The notes: generated from the sequence alone by a model not told the origin. A stretch of 60,144 nucleotides of DNA, filler included, from Sphacelaria rigidula (GCA_964200075.2; 7 parts of 7 records of this genome joined end to end with filler, not necessarily neighbours in it); one strand, 5' to 3'; shown: positions 11,813 to 25,821, numbered from the whole stretch's first letter. Numbers and translations: made by a program.

Positions 11813-13850
11813 TGAGTCTCGCCCCCTCGCCCCCCCCCCGCCTGTTCTCGCNNNNNNNNNNCCCGTTTCCCTCCCCCTCCTCCCCCCCCCCGCCGCCCCG
11901 CCCCCCCCCCTCTTCCCCCCCCCCCCCCCCCCCCCTCCTTGGCTCTCCCTTGATTTGCCATGCCCGTCGCTACCTCGTCGTGTTTCGCGAACTCTTTTCC
12001 GAACACCATATGCATTGCGGCGAGGAAAAGATTGATCAGCAGCGGTGCCAGCTTGCATCCGAGTGATGCCACGACAGCTTCCCCCCCAAGCCAGTCCCAA
12101 AACTGTCACGAGGAAAATGACCATACAGAGCATGGCAGCTGGTTTGAGTGCATGGGGTGCCTCATATGGGCAACACCCCCGGGAACAATCCCAAGCGTGG
12201 GAGTTCCCAGCTTCTCGGTGTGCTCGGCTCTTGTCATCAAACGAGCCACTTTTCTGGGGCGGCTATCACCGTATTAGTCATCCTTGTCGGAGCTCCTTGG
12301 CCGCTTCGAACGAGTCGGATCACGTCCCATCGTTCATCCGCACACGCGCCCTCATGCCGTCGTGGAACTTGCTGATGATCGCCAGCAATTTGGGGGACAC
12401 GCGGAATCGCTTGAGCACGGTCCACAGCAGCTGTCCGTCGCCGGAGTCGTATGCTTTCGTGATATCGATAAAGCACGTGTGGAGCTGGGTGCTCTTCTTC
12501 CGCGTAAGCTCATGGGGTCGCCGGATCACAAACATCATGTCGTAGGTCGAGCGGGCTAGACGGAAGCCGCTTTGCTCCTCCGGGAGGATACCCTCGCGTT
12601 GACAGTAGTTGCTCAAACGTGTAGCGACGAGCTTCGGTATCACTGTGCCAGCGTGTGCCCCGAGAGAGATGCCCCGGTAGTTGCCGCCATCCGTCGTGTC
12701 CCACTTGTTGAACAGTACCTTAATGCTGGCATCCTTTCACTGTTATGGCACTACTCCCGTCCACCATATGATGACGATGATGTTGGTGGTCTCCACCTAG
12801 GAATTGTTCGTTGAGATCCTCCGGGAGCTCGTACAACCCTGCTGATTTCTGTTTGCCATTCCCCGTATCGCTTCCTCGACCTCGAACCTGGACGGTATAT
12901 CGTCGAGCGGCACGCGCTCGGCCCACTGCTTCACCTGCTCGGCGATTCGCGGGTCGAGGGTTGGCAACTTGGTGTTGAGGAGTATACAAAGCCACCTGGC
13001 CCATCGCGCGAGGATGAGCACAGGATCTCACAGCAGCATGCCGTTCTCGTCCTTGATGTTCTGCGAGACGGAAGATCGTTTTTATCCTGCGTCAAGCCCC
13101 TTCATGAGCTAGTAAAAAACCTGCGATAGCTCTATCTCCTTCGCCGCTTATCTTCTCGGCCTGCGGCGCATATTTCTCGAAGAACTCACACACTGCCCCG
13201 TCTCCCAGTTGATTGTTTTCGCCGCTGTCTTCAGTTCCCTTCGCACAGCGGTGTCCGCTGGGGCACCGCGAAGTTGTCGCGGGGCCGCCTCCCTCTTCCT
13301 CCACGCCTCGTGAATATCGCGCATCGCTTCCTCGCTGGCACATCAGCCCTTGAGTCCTCGCTTGCACTTAGTCCGGGGGGCGGTCTCCGCGGTTGCAGAT
13401 ACCGCGGTATCCGTGAGCGTTGTGGTCATCTCGACCACCGTCGATCTTGGTATGGTGGTCTTCGCCTTCAGACGTTCGAGGCTGATGGTGGTGCGTCCGC
13501 CGCTGTTGTCGCTTCAACGACAGCGTACACGAAATTGCGGTCTGAGGCTTTAAAGTCAACGCGGTGTACTGAGACATTGCGCACAAGTCTCAGGCCCGCT
13601 TGTCCAACGGCTATATAGTCAAGGCGTTGTCGTTCCTTCCCGTTGTTGGCTCGTTGAAATGTGTGTGAGGCTCCGTCCATGGGTGTGCTGAAGAACGTGT
13701 GACCGACAGAGAGTTTGTTGTCCCCGGCGAAACCGAGCAGGCGTTGTCTGTTGTCATTTAGCGTATCGCACCCGTACGCACCAAGCACCCTGATATCACT
13801 ACACTCATCTCTTCTCCTACCCGTCCGAGCGTTGGCGTTCGTCAGCATAG
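10116..13850 (-). mobile_element. Decayed, 5'-truncated RTE-like non-LTR retrotransposon (APE endonuclease + RT)
   Basis: Endonuclease motifs NANARTG, RLDYI and SDRN (13468-13848). RT motifs [38 protein letters not shown] and LWSMLQAD, then LLYECTTW and RLPKRVMLG-like C-terminal motifs. Simple-repeat 3' UTR and (CAA)n tail at ~10116-10142. Confidence 0.9.
12061..12279. mobile_element. 219-bp insertion (MITE-like) in the LINE RT, with ATCC target-site duplication
   Basis: Splits the RT motif RQG-C-x-LAP. ATCC at 12057-12060 and 12280-12283. Imperfect TIRs gagtgatgccacgacagc and gctatcaccgtattagtc. Confidence 0.7.
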
Positions 13851-14389
13851 CTAGCTGTCATACTTGACTAGACCTGCAGTGGTGATGTCACCCCCGTGTA
13901 CTTTATGACGCGGCAATACAAGAACAGCAAAGCAAGGCAGTCTTATAGATTTGTCTTTTGGCACGGTTCCCACCTTCTTGGTTTCCTCACATCTTTGGCT
14001 TCCTTGTTTCTAGTCGTCCTAACCCAGCATCTATGTGTTGATCTACTGCACATACCTGTAGTTGTGGACGGTTTGGTAGACGAACCACCTTAGGTTTGGT
14101 AGACGAATAACCGCTGGTATTATGAGTCGAATCAACCAATGTTGCCCATATTAAACTGGTTTCCGAGACACCTGCTGTCATCTCGATTCTCTGTATGGCC
14201 ATTTTATTGGTGGAGGGTACAGTAGAGCATGTGCTTACATGTTGATATACCGCTATATTCCTCAAACTTCTCCCAATATTTCCCCCCGAGAGCGCTATCT
14301 TGTAGTGCGGATATATTCAGTCGTGTGTTCTGGCATCTACAAAGCGTGAAGGGTTCTTCACTCTTCTGTGCCAGACAAAGCAGCAATTG

Positions 14390-15620
14390 GTCAAGAATGA
14401 AGGGTCAGCAGGAACAACACCACACCCAGGAACATCTTGCATGTAGAGCTTGCCTCCATCTCCGTAACACATTTTCGGGGGGGGGGAGCTGTCACGGCGC
14501 CCCTCTGATCCCAGGAGGCCACACTATGCAGGTAACTGTTGTCTACGCCGAGAGCAGCATTATATTGTGTCAACACGCTGCAGGGTAAAGCAAGCTTTGC
14601 AAGGTTCATCATGTTCGGACGGTTGGCCGCCCAAGAGTCTAGAGATGTGGGTCGGCATTTCAACACGGGCGTGCCACCACCCGGAGAGAAGCTGCATGCG
14701 CTAGGAAGGAAACAGTTCGTCTACGGTATGCAGATGGAACATGCCCAAGATTGGGTCACTGCCGCGAAGAACGTGGGAAAATGGCCTCTGGATGTCGAGC
14801 GGGGGGGGGGAGGAGTCCGAGGAGGCGTGGCGACGCAGACACATGCGCCAATCGGACCTCCCAACAAGCAAGAGGCATTGCGTTGAGAACCGCCAGTAGA
14901 GCATTCCGCACCGCTAATACAACAACAGCAGCAACCGCTGCCGAGGAATTCAGGATGGGAGTGGAGGAGAGAGTGACCTGTTTTGGATCTGACAAGGAAT
15001 ACATGGGAGACGCGGGGGTGACACGGAAATTGATATCCCCCCGGTATTATCGGTTGTTGACTTCTTTTCTTGGCTTGTAATCTTAGCTATGTTCCTCGCT
15101 ACGTTCGTATGCGTGTTATACTCGATTCTTATCTTCCATCGCTTCCTCATGTTTCTTACTCCCCCCCCCTTCCCCCCGCCATCCCGCTCTTGCTTAGTCT
15201 TGGTTTTCGTTTCAAAGAGTAGCAGGCAGGGGTTTGTCGAGGTCCTGTAGGGGTATTTTGTGGGCGAGAGTTCACGCTTAAAGAGTGTGGTTCCCGAAGA
15301 GCTGAGTCGCAACCTGTTCCCACGACCGTCATGTTTTATGTTGCATTGCGCGTGTTTTGCGCACGGCTTTTTCACATGAAGCCGTGCCCCCGGGGCAGTG
15401 ATGATATGATTGTCGTTATTTCCTCTAGACCGGATTTTACTTTACTTTACTTTATTCATGTAATTATTTTTTCTCCTTTTCTTTTCCCTCCTTTGTCTCG
15501 TTTCTTTTGTTCCTTCTTTACGCCATTTGGTCTGTGCTTTTTTTTTCATCTTCCCCTTTTCTCGAGTTTTGTGTAGAGAGGGCGGTTCCGTCTTGTTTAT
15601 TGCTTGGGTACGTCTACTCT
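14390..15620 (+). mobile_element. 3' fragment of a second RTE-like LINE with its 3' UTR
   Basis: Degenerate RTE C-terminal peptides (RFIMFGRL..., QDWVTAAKNVGKW...VERG) followed by a T-rich tail. Boundaries are approximate. Confidence 0.5.
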
Positions 15621-17114
15621 GTGGAAAATGACCACGGGTGGATCCGTCGGGGATCAGTAAACCCTTCAGAGACTGCGGTGCAAATGACTGTACTCTTATA
15701 TACGGTTAAAATTAGCAACATCACACTGAAAACGAATAATTTACCGCAGGAAAACTAGTGACCAGGACATTACAGTCCTCCTAGCCGCACCTCTACCCAC
15801 ACGCATCTGTCCGGATTATGAGGCCAGGGCCCTCTTAGGCGTCAAGCGTTTGCTGTATGTGTTTGTTTTTCAGGTTCTCAAAATAGTTGTGCTATACAAC
15901 AATCACTGATCAAAACAGAGTAGACTGTTTGAACTGCCAAAAACTGCGGTTGCTGTAGGGTTCATTTGCGAGAACCACTGGATAAATTAATCAATACGCG
16001 AGCAACTTGGCAAAGGGTTACGCCGGTGAGTTGTTGGACATCGGTTTTATCATGAGAGAAAAGCTGAACGTTGTAAGCTATATCGTCACTACCATACGTT
16101 GGGGGATACAACTATGAAACCGAATGGAATGGATTCATGTGGAGATAACAAATGGTGTTCGAAAGAAGGAACTTTCAAATAACGAAAAACCGATCCTTAA
16201 GCCAACACCGACATGGCTCGCAGACATAGGCATAGTCAGCAGCCACGTGTGCATGAATGCTCTACAACTTCAATGTTTCGTGGCTTGCTTGACATGCTCA
16301 CCTCAACAACATAGGTGACAACAGCTCAAAAGCAGTCTTGATATCGCTACTGTGTATGCCCCGTAACAAAATCGCACGGTGGGCAATCTATCCATATTCA
16401 TCGCTGAAGATATGAGCGTTTCGATTCGACAGCGACCTGTACATGGACAAAATGTAGTATACCAGACACGGCTGCGGGTGACTAGCGGCGAGTCATGCCA
16501 TGGTAGGGTCGGCACATCGGGGCCCAGATGTTTCTCATCGAGGGGTTCTTAAAAGTTAGGAGTTACACAAAAGTATGGATCAGGACTTTCCCGTTTTAAA
16601 ACTCTTTCGAGCTATCCCCATTGAAAACCTAATCGCGGCTTGCTCTGACATGTTCGATACGCCGTGTTTTGGATGAGATAAAAGGGCTCGTAAGATTTCA
16701 AGCATGAGACATACTCTGTGCAACTCTACCGTGTCATCACTACCGTGTCATAACTCTGCCCGTCGGAAGGACGATTTGCAACTTTTGACCACATCTTATG
16801 CGTAGTCTGGTAGTCGTCCTTCGCAAAGAAGTAGCAGAATTTAGTCAACGGCAACTTTGACATGACGCTACACGGAATGACGTCGCAAGCGCTGTGGAAG
16901 GGTTGTCTATTTGGTCACCCCTTAGCCGTAAGAGCACACCAAGGTCTCATGCCAGCATTAAACTGAAAATTGTGTGCACACGCTCACCACACGATAGCTG
17001 GGTGACATTCGCGTTATGTCCTCCAAAACGCCCATGTCAACGTTCGAGCAGAAGGATATCAGCATATATCACGGGATCTTATAAATTGGGGATGGATCGT
17101 TTATTGGGGATGAG

Positions 17115-17214
17115 NNNNNNNNNNNNNNNNNNNNNNNNNNNNNNNNNNNNNNNNNNNNTTAATTAATTAANNNNNNNNNNNNNNNNNNNNNNNNNNNNNN
17201 NNNNNNNNNNNNNN
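17115..17214. other. Artificial contig spacer
   Basis: 44 N + TTAATTAATTAA + 44 N. Confidence 0.99.
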
Positions 17215-18575
17215 GATGCCGATTCACCAAAACAAAAATCAGCACTCCCTGGGGGTCTAGTTCCCAAAGGGTTAAAGAAAACAAAATGTCAAGGGAGGAC
17301 AACAAGGACTTCACAACATCCCTCACGCGCATCGTGTCAAAAATTCGTGGGAAAATACTTGGAATTGAACAGCATAATAGCGTTTGATTTTTTCGTGGCT
17401 GGTCCATCTCCACACAGGAACCGGTCTTCGACCCGAGCACGCGATTTAGCAGCTCAATTTTGGGTCATTTTCTATCATTTTTTTACATGATGTACATGAT
17501 GTACATGATGTATGTGCGAAGACTCCACCTTCTGCCCCCTACATTTTGTTTTATTTCTTCATGAGTTTTCGGCCTCCAAACATTTCAGGAGAGTTTATTT
17601 CGGAACGAAATCGCAAATAACTCCCGGAGAAAAAATGCAGGAGGCAGAAGATGGAGTCTTCGTACATACGTCCTGTACATCGTGTCGAAGTTTCATATAA
17701 AATCACCCAAGCTGTTGGTCCGCGTCTTGGGCGGTCCAGCCTGTAGATTAGGAATGTCTCACAACTCGGGTAACGCTGCGCGGTCAGACTCTCACCCGAT
17801 GTCAAGCGTTGCAACCGCCATTCATGATACACATTTCCCTCCGTCTTTCCTCTGAGGAGGGGATAGATCGTTGGATATAGTTCCCAGTGGTGTCCATGGA
17901 TCACCCCACCTGCTTCTCCCTCGGTAGACGCCTTACATTGTGGTATCGCGGATTGGATCATGACCATCAGCACTAACACACCGCGTCAACTTAAAATGCT
18001 CAGCAGACTCTCCTTGCTACTCCTGTTCTCTCGCTTTCAACGGTGTAGATGAGGTACTATGTATATAACAGTTGTAGAAAAAGACAAACCACTGATGGAC
18101 GCAGCTGGCGGGAGTCGGACCCGCGTTTTTCGCTGCCTTACGACTCCTGATGGTCTCGTTTGTACCACTACACCACCAGAGCGTTGCAGTTGTCACGTCA
18201 TATTGCCGTACCACCCAAGAGCCTGTTCGCTGTTCGTCGTCGTTGTGTGGCTATACTGACAATAGTTGACGTTGTTTCATCGATTGATCTGGTGTTGCGT
18301 TATCGTTTACATGCGCCCGGTGTCCCTGTTGGGGTCCTCTTTGGTCACTCTTACTCGAAGCATCCGTCATGCACGTAACGCTGCGTTGATGACGGACCAA
18401 ACCCGCCGATGTCTCGACTCGACTCTCTCTGCAACGGCAGTATCCGCTTGCCTTTCCCGTTGGTGATTTGGTGTCACTCCGTCACTCCGCAAACCCGGAC
18501 ATATGCACCGCGTCCTCTTCCTACCCGTCTTGTGTTGTTTATGATATGGATTGTGGTATGATGGTATGATGGCAG

Positions 18576-21500
18576 TACCCCTTCACCGGGACGGGCATGG
18601 ATCTGCCGCTGCTTCAATGGTTGGAGACCTACACCTTCCCGGTCGAGGCGCGTTTCAAAAACACCACTTTCGCCAGGAAGGTACGCACATGTGTCCCCAA
18701 AGTACTAGTTGATACGATATTTCGACATTGCAACAACCGTTGTCAACAACTATCCTCGTAGAGAACATGAAGGTATGCTCGGAGTGACGCGATACGCGGC
18801 AAACATGGCGGCATGGCGAGGATGACACTGAAACGGCTGTACCCCTCGGGAAGCGCGTGCGGACGGTTCTACCCATGTTGTTTTAGGGATCGTGCGCAGT
18901 TTGTACGGTTTGAAACTGCCGCATCAGCGGCTTGCTCTTCGCTTATGACCCTCGTGTTCTTCCTTGACTAGCAACCAGTGGTGGATTATGTCGAACCAGG
19001 CTATCGTTGTAGGTGATCAAGCTACGTCACGCTTTGTTGTTCAACCTACAGGCATTAGCAGAGTGAAATGGACATGTTTGTTCGATGAGCGTTACATTCG
19101 TGTTCTCTTCTTTGCCACGCTTGCTGTATGGCCATACAAGACGTTGCCGCGGCAACCGATCAGGTAACGGACAGCACTGCACGGAATCCCATCTGCGCAA
19201 CACCGATTCTCGCGTTTCAGTCTCGTTCTTGACCCAATGCACGACCAGGTGTACGAGAAGGCGGTCCGACGACACCTCATGTACGGTTCAACCACCTGCT
19301 CGTACTTTGCGACCGTACATCTCGAGGCCACCAAGGTTCTGGTGGACGTGATCCGGGGACTGGGCCAGAGGGCCTTCGTGGGCAAGGTATGGAGAAGTAA
19401 GGCGTGGCTCATGCTGACGTCCTCGTTTGCGCAATACGCAAAAGCACCACCGCGTCATACAACTTACAACACCGCTCAGCTTGCACGTAAGTCGGCGAGA
19501 AGGGCATTTTGCTTCGTACTACAATGATTCCAACCCTGCCATGTATCTCTTGTTCTGAAACACGGGGGGTAGACATGTTGCGAATTCGTGTCACCGACTG
19601 CCACCGGTGAATCGAAGCCTTGTTCATAGTTTTCGATATTTTCCCACAGCACTTTCACGATCGCGGGTATCCCCCCCCCTTGTTGCCTACCGAAGGGTGT
19701 CTCATGTTGTGTTTTCGACTGCGGTATTTTTGTCATCCTAGCAACCCTCGGAGCACACAAATAGACCACGGGGCGGAACGTTTTGGCCAACTTGATCGCT
19801 GCCTTGTCTTTTGTTGAAAGGCATCAACCGTTGTTGTCCACTTGAATCCCATTAGAGCTTGTAAGCAGGCGGCATACAGCATCTGCAACGCACTCCACCA
19901 TTTGCACATGTTCTGAGTTATATCCTCGGGGCATTCATTGGCCACGCCTTCTAACACTTGGGGCGCCACAGGTGAGCATGGATCGCAATGCCCCAGATTA
20001 CCTGGTGGAGGCTACTTCAGATGCCAAAAGAGATGTGGAAGAGTTTGTCAAGTTCGCTTCGGACGAGCTGGATGACTCCCTCATCACACCCGTCGTTACA
20101 CCGCGGTTTGTGCCCGCGTGTACGGCGGAGCTGCTGGAGTTCTTGGGAGATGTGTCGCGCAAGTACGACGTGCCAGTGCAGTCGCACTTGTCGGAGTCTC
20201 CGGCAGAGATTGAGTGGGTCAAGCAGCTGCATCCGGAGTGAGTTCTTTCGCCCGCGTGGGTCCATGTGATTGATTTCGAGTGTTGGGGTGACGTTACAAA
20301 CAAGGATCAGCAGTTGGCTGACTCCGCTGGAGAGATGGTGGACGGCCAAACCGTAACCGTATCGCGAGTGAGTGGAGATTGTGATTCACATGTAGCATTG
20401 AAATAGATGTTGTCGCAGCTGTTCGTCCGCATCAATCTACGACATATCGGTGATTGATTAATCGAATGACTGCTTCATCGTCGCACATTACCTGAACCCC
20501 TAGTGTAGGAATCCAGCCGTGGTCAAGCGTTAGATATAGCCAAGTTAATTCTTTGAGAACTAGACCCCCAGGAAGTGCTGATTTTCGTTTTTGTGAATAG
20601 GCATCATTTTCAGCCATCTCCAAGTCAAAATGATGCCGATTCACAAAGATTCTCAAAACAAAAATCAACGCTCTAGTTCCCAAAGGGTTACGGTGAGCAA
20701 ATGCGGAAACACTGGCTAGAAGTGAAGGAAACTCGGGACGACGGGGGGAGGTGAAAGAAGATGGACCGCAGTATACAGCGTCGTGATTGTGACTTCAGTT
20801 TTCCCAACGTTAATACTGTGCGACTTAACTTGATTGCAATGTGCGAATGCCCTCAAGTATTGAAACCCCGACGCCTTCCCAGTAATATTCACTTGGTGTC
20901 TCCATGCCATCAATATCGAACATCGCTCTGCAGGTGCGACTCATACACTAGCGTCTACGAGCGATACGGCCTGCTGCACGAGCGATCATATTTTGCGCAC
21001 TGTATCCACTGCACCGATGAGGAACGAGAAAGGATGCTGAACTTGAAGGTACCGACATACTCTCACTGACGTCATTTTGAGCCACGAATGAAATCGTCCG
21101 GGTATCGTCGTACTGTGTGTCGGGCAGTCTTGATGCCTGAAAGTCTTTGACAGAGGATGACCCACGAGCTGACAACGAACGAAACTGTCACTAGAAAAAA
21201 TGCAACAAGCGCTGCAGTAATCACCACAAGACACAGCTTCCCTGCAATCTATTGAAGCGAGTTGGGTTCTCTGATGTGGCATTTGGGTGAGCCTCGTGGT
21301 TGGCGGACGTTGCTTCTGATGGCCTTAGTTTGTATCACTCGCTGCAGCAGCCGAGGATGAGACAGATCGATCGTTTTGAGTTCTTGTGGTGGAATTCTGT
21401 TGTTGTTTCGGCTACAGGCTGCGGTGGTGCACTGCCCGTCATCAAACTTTATGCTGTCGAGCGGCGTTGCCAACGTGCGAAGATACCTCACGGAAGGCAT

Positions 21501-23354
21501 CAAGGTACGTGATGTATTAATAGGAGGTATGTAGGGACAAATGAGGTCGTGTCTGATGCATTCATTACACTTGATGTAGTTGGGTACGGTAGTCCGGGAC
21601 TCTTCCACTGGTACGGTCAAGACTATATAAACTTCCAGCGACTAGTACTATGCATGAGACAACGAGGACACGGAACCCAACCCTCTCTGGTGGCATCGCC
21701 ACGACAGGGGGTGCAACACGCAAGTCTCGGAGGTCACTTCACATTCGGATTTCTATTGATCACCTCGTTTGCTCTTGCTTCGAAGCCAAACCACGTATGG
21801 CTTGACGTTTGCTACCGCGTTCCGGTTGTGTAGATGGGGTGGTGTACTCTAGTGTGATATGCAACAATCACCAGCAGCCAGTTAGGCCGGGAAAGACTGT
21901 AGGTTTAAATCCCGACAGATTTCAACAGAAGCTCTCTCGAGCGGAATCTCGTCTCTGTGTATCCATTGTCTCCGTAGGTAAAGACATGGGGATGTATACA
22001 AAAAAAAAATCGAGAACAGTCGACGCCGCTTGATGCACGAGTGCTAATTTCCTATCGATGGTTTCAAAATGTCAGGAAGGTGCCGAGAGGGTATGGTTTT
22101 CTTTCATCCCTTCTCAGCACGGACTCTTTCCGAGGAAGGGCAAGGGATTTTGGGAGTATGGCGGACGGCTCAGTCACGACGATGGTTTTGTCACTCTATT
22201 GGTGTCCTCGACGTCTGGAGCAACCTTTTTTTTTTCTCGTTCCCTGCTTGCAGTGTGCCCCTAGCGAATCGCGATGTTGCAATACCTGCGCTTGTCTCAG
22301 GTGGGACTGGGCACTGATGTGGCGGGGGGACATAGCTGCTCCATGCTGGACTGCATCCGACAGACATTGATAGCCACAAACGTGTGTGGGTTGCAGCCAG
22401 ATGAAGATGGCAACATGTGGAACCCGCTCAGGTGCGGGTGCGGCTGTGTGGCTCTTGGAGCCGTCGATGCAGTACAGTACAGTAGCCTGCATGGCTCTCA
22501 AATAAACTTGACTGCCGCATGTAGGATACATGTCGGCCCTCCAAAAGTGTTGTGTTTGAACACAGGCTCGTATGCACGCTCGCACACTACCGCTGTCTGC
22601 ATAGGGTGCAAATCAATGCCGATTGTTTCGTGCGCGAAGACAGCAGCGCTGTGGTTGGTGTGCACACGGGCATCAACGGCCACACCACATCACCATCACA
22701 TTGTACTTTGAAGCAAATACTCCGACACTAGTCCTTGTCTCGAAGTAAGCATCGACTGCAAGAGTGACCTTGAACGCTGCCGCACAACACGTTGAACTCT
22801 AACCACAGCTTCCAGGAGGCGTTTCACCTGGCAACAATGGGAGGCGCAGAGGCCCTGGGGCTTGACGGCGTCGTGGGAAACTTCGAAATCGGGAAGCAGG
22901 TACGTGAAGCGGTGCCATGAAGTTGATGAGTAATGAGTGCTCTGACAATCAGAGGCCCTGAGTATTGGGGGGTCGGTCTCGATTGCTTTCGAGGCGTCAC
23001 ATACTTTTTTTTATCGAAACGTGCCATGTAGACTGGACAGGTCGTATAGTAACCATACCTCGACAAGTCTTTACTCTACTCGTTTCTCAACATGCTGCTG
23101 GACACAACCGGCCCCCACCCCCCACCCCACTCTCCTGCTCTCACTGTGTTGCTCGAAAGTTCGACGCTCTGGTAGTCAACCCATCTCCGGGCACAGGTGG
23201 AGAAGACGTCGATGGTGAAAATCCACCGCAAGCACCCTTCGATGTGTTCCCGGAGCTGGGCGAGGGCATGCAAGCCGCCTTCGAGAAATTTATTTTCCTG
23301 GGTGATGACAGGAATATCGAAAGGGTCTTTGTGGCAGGGAACAGGGTTCTGTAG
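18576..23354 (+). CDS. GDA: Guanine deaminase (amidohydrolase family), 5'-partial, 8 exons
   Basis: Exons with GT-AG junctions and consistent phases: 18576-18680 (YPFTGTGMDLPLLQWLETYTFPVE), 19249-19386 (GSTTCSYFATVH...RAFVGK), 19972-20237 (VSMDRNAPD...TPRFVPAC...QSHLSES), 20934-21048 (FAHCIH), 21418-21504 (HCPSSNF), 22301-22431 (VGLGTDVAGG), 22809-22899 (LATMGGAEALG), 23160-23354 (GDDRNIERVFVAG...stop). The N-terminal HxH exon was not found in this contig. Confidence 0.95.
20545..20691. mobile_element. piggyBac-type MITE in a GDA intron
   Basis: TTAA-flanked with inverted arms (ctttgagaactagaccc / ctagttcccaaagggtta) and an internal tgatgccgattc motif. Its right end is also present at 17215-17275. 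Confidence 0.7.
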
Positions 23355-25721
23355 TCGCTGTAACTTTTGTAATGTCTAGGTGATTCGTTGTCATAGTATG
23401 TAGTACAACACCCGAAGACCCAGGCTGGGAGGCCGAAGGGTTACTGTACTGTTCCAGTCCTACACCGGTAATGGTTCGGCCACGCAGGTACTTCCGTCGT
23501 TCCTCTTGTGAAGTTGCCCATCAAAACTGAGCTGCTGATTAGGTCGTTGTGTTATATGTACCATGGCGGTGCTGATGCGCCTAGTTTAAGGGAGGGAAAT
23601 TGTGTCCGCAGCATGCTACTGTACTGTACCTTGTCTTTTCTTACGATCCAAACGGGTACCGCATTTGAGGCTCAAGGTGCTTGCGTTTGAATTTTGTCAT
23701 GCATGCCCCCAACTACAAGTACACAGCACGCATCCGGGTTGAGAAGGGTCGAAGTTTGGTGGTGTCTTGTGTGTGTTTCGTTGTTCTCTTACGCGCTGTG
23801 TACGATGACATTGGTGGGCTTGGGCTGTTCGGTTCGATGGAGTGCTCGTTTCGTGAGTCCTTGCTTGTGAAGGCTACTTTTTGTCACATGATTTGTTTTT
23901 GAAGAGGTGGTTCTATTCAAGTGTACTGTAACTTGCGACATTTTTGCAGCAAGCCGTGTGTTTCGCTTTGGGGGGAAAGGAGGATTGGTGCTGTATTACA
24001 GCGCTGTTGGTCCTTGAGCGAGATTCATTCAATCGGCTGACAGAAGGCACCTCAGCAGCAGCGTCAAGGTGCTACATACTATTTATTTATTTATTTCATA
24101 TTTTCGAGGTAATTTGTACAAAGAGCGGTGGATAGGTACATCTTGAGTTCGGGCACGGCTCTATGTGCCATGCACACGTGTGCCGTGCTTTTTTTTCGTG
24201 GGCGGAGGGTCATATACCAATTCATGATGCCTCACGCTTCGAAAACGAAAAATTGTATTCAAGTAGAAAAAAAGAAACAGACTCGGCAAAGTTGTGGTGT
24301 GGTGAGAGCTTGGGGGTCGAGTGAGGGTGAAGAACGGACGATTTGTCACAACCAAGGAAGCAGTATATTTTTCTGCAGATACACTTGGGTATATCGGAAC
24401 GATGGGAAATGCGTCGCTACGATTTCAGGGAAAGATGGCGGGCACGGCTGTGGATCTCTGCAAGTAGGATCCACGTGATTGTCGGGAAGTTGGAGTTATT
24501 GGAGGGAGGGAGAGGGAGTTGTGGCATGTACATAGTGGGCAACATTTTTTCGGATACGTTCGATGTCCAGAATTGGGTGGAGGGCTCCGCTGAAGCAATG
24601 CGGTTATGTTTGGCGGTGGAAGGAAGTGCGAGGCAGGGCAGTGTGTACGTTTCTTTACGTTTGTCTGGGTGGATGTACTTGCACGAGACGTATATGCTAT
24701 AGGCTGGATGCCTGTTCTAGATTTTGGTGGAATTTGCGTGGGGCTCGATTGTTTTTTTTTCCCCTGTTTTTTTCGTTCTTCCCTGAACGTTTTTTCAGCG
24801 ACTGGTGAGAGCTTCATAAAATACTTTCTTTTCATTTTGCTGATGTGCACAGCGGGGGCCTTCAGTCACAAGCCGCGACAAACTGTCGATCTGCAACTGG
24901 ACATGGACCTGGGTGGTCGGGATGAAGAGGCGAGGTTTGCCGCTGAAATCGGAAGAGAGAAAATGACGTGTCCTTGACTCCCTTTCCCCTCGCAATTCGT
25001 GCGTTCGCTGCGCATTATCCCTCAAACACGTCCTAAACAACTACTGCTGTTGGTTGACTTGGCTTGTGTAATGCTCGTGACTGGAGAGGATCCCTAACCA
25101 AATCCATTCCCTGCTAAAGGATCGTGAGATCTGTCACCCGGAAAAAAATTATCCACGAAACTTCACGCCATTTTAATAGCTAAAAGATGAAATTTTGCGC
25201 AAATGCACGAGTCGGACCTTTTACTGGAAAAAAATAAGAGAAATCGTCGGGAGGTTTCCTGGGTCCTTTGGTGTCCTTGATTATTAGTGGAAATCCAGCG
25301 ACACTAGAACCCTACATCAAGTATATCACGGTTTCGGGTGTAATACTATGATGTGAACTTTTTGCTGTGCCACCACTAGTGCTCCCCCAGTGCCCACCGA
25401 GGACCCTCAAAAAGTAGCCACTGATACATCGGGAGGTACTCTCACTAGTACGTGTGCGGTTTCTCCAGACAGCTGTGGAGATGATCTATGAGTGCTCCTG
25501 AGATTGTTGTTTTACTCATCCCCCCCCAGTGGCCTTGTGAATCCCACTGTGTCATCTGTCTTTTCTTTTCTCATCTCTTCTTTTTATCTTTCCCGTCGGT
25601 GTGCTTTTCTCAGCAGATCTGAAGTTGTTTTTCTTCACCCCGTTGAACTCGGGAAAGCTACTTTTAACAACAAATTGTGCGAATTGAGGTTTAACTTCGA
25701 GATGAGGCTCAAGCCTAAAAC

Positions 25722-25821
25722 NNNNNNNNNNNNNNNNNNNNNNNNNNNNNNNNNNNNNNNNNNNNTTAATTAATTAANNNNNNNNNNNNNNNNNNNNNNN
25801 NNNNNNNNNNNNNNNNNNNNN
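25722..25821. other. Artificial contig spacer
   Basis: 44 N + TTAATTAATTAA + 44 N. Confidence 0.99.

Noticed and set aside
11580-12133. Poly-Pro and poly-Gly ORFs
   Set aside because: Produced by poly-C tracts around a 10-N gap inside the LINE, in low-quality sequence.
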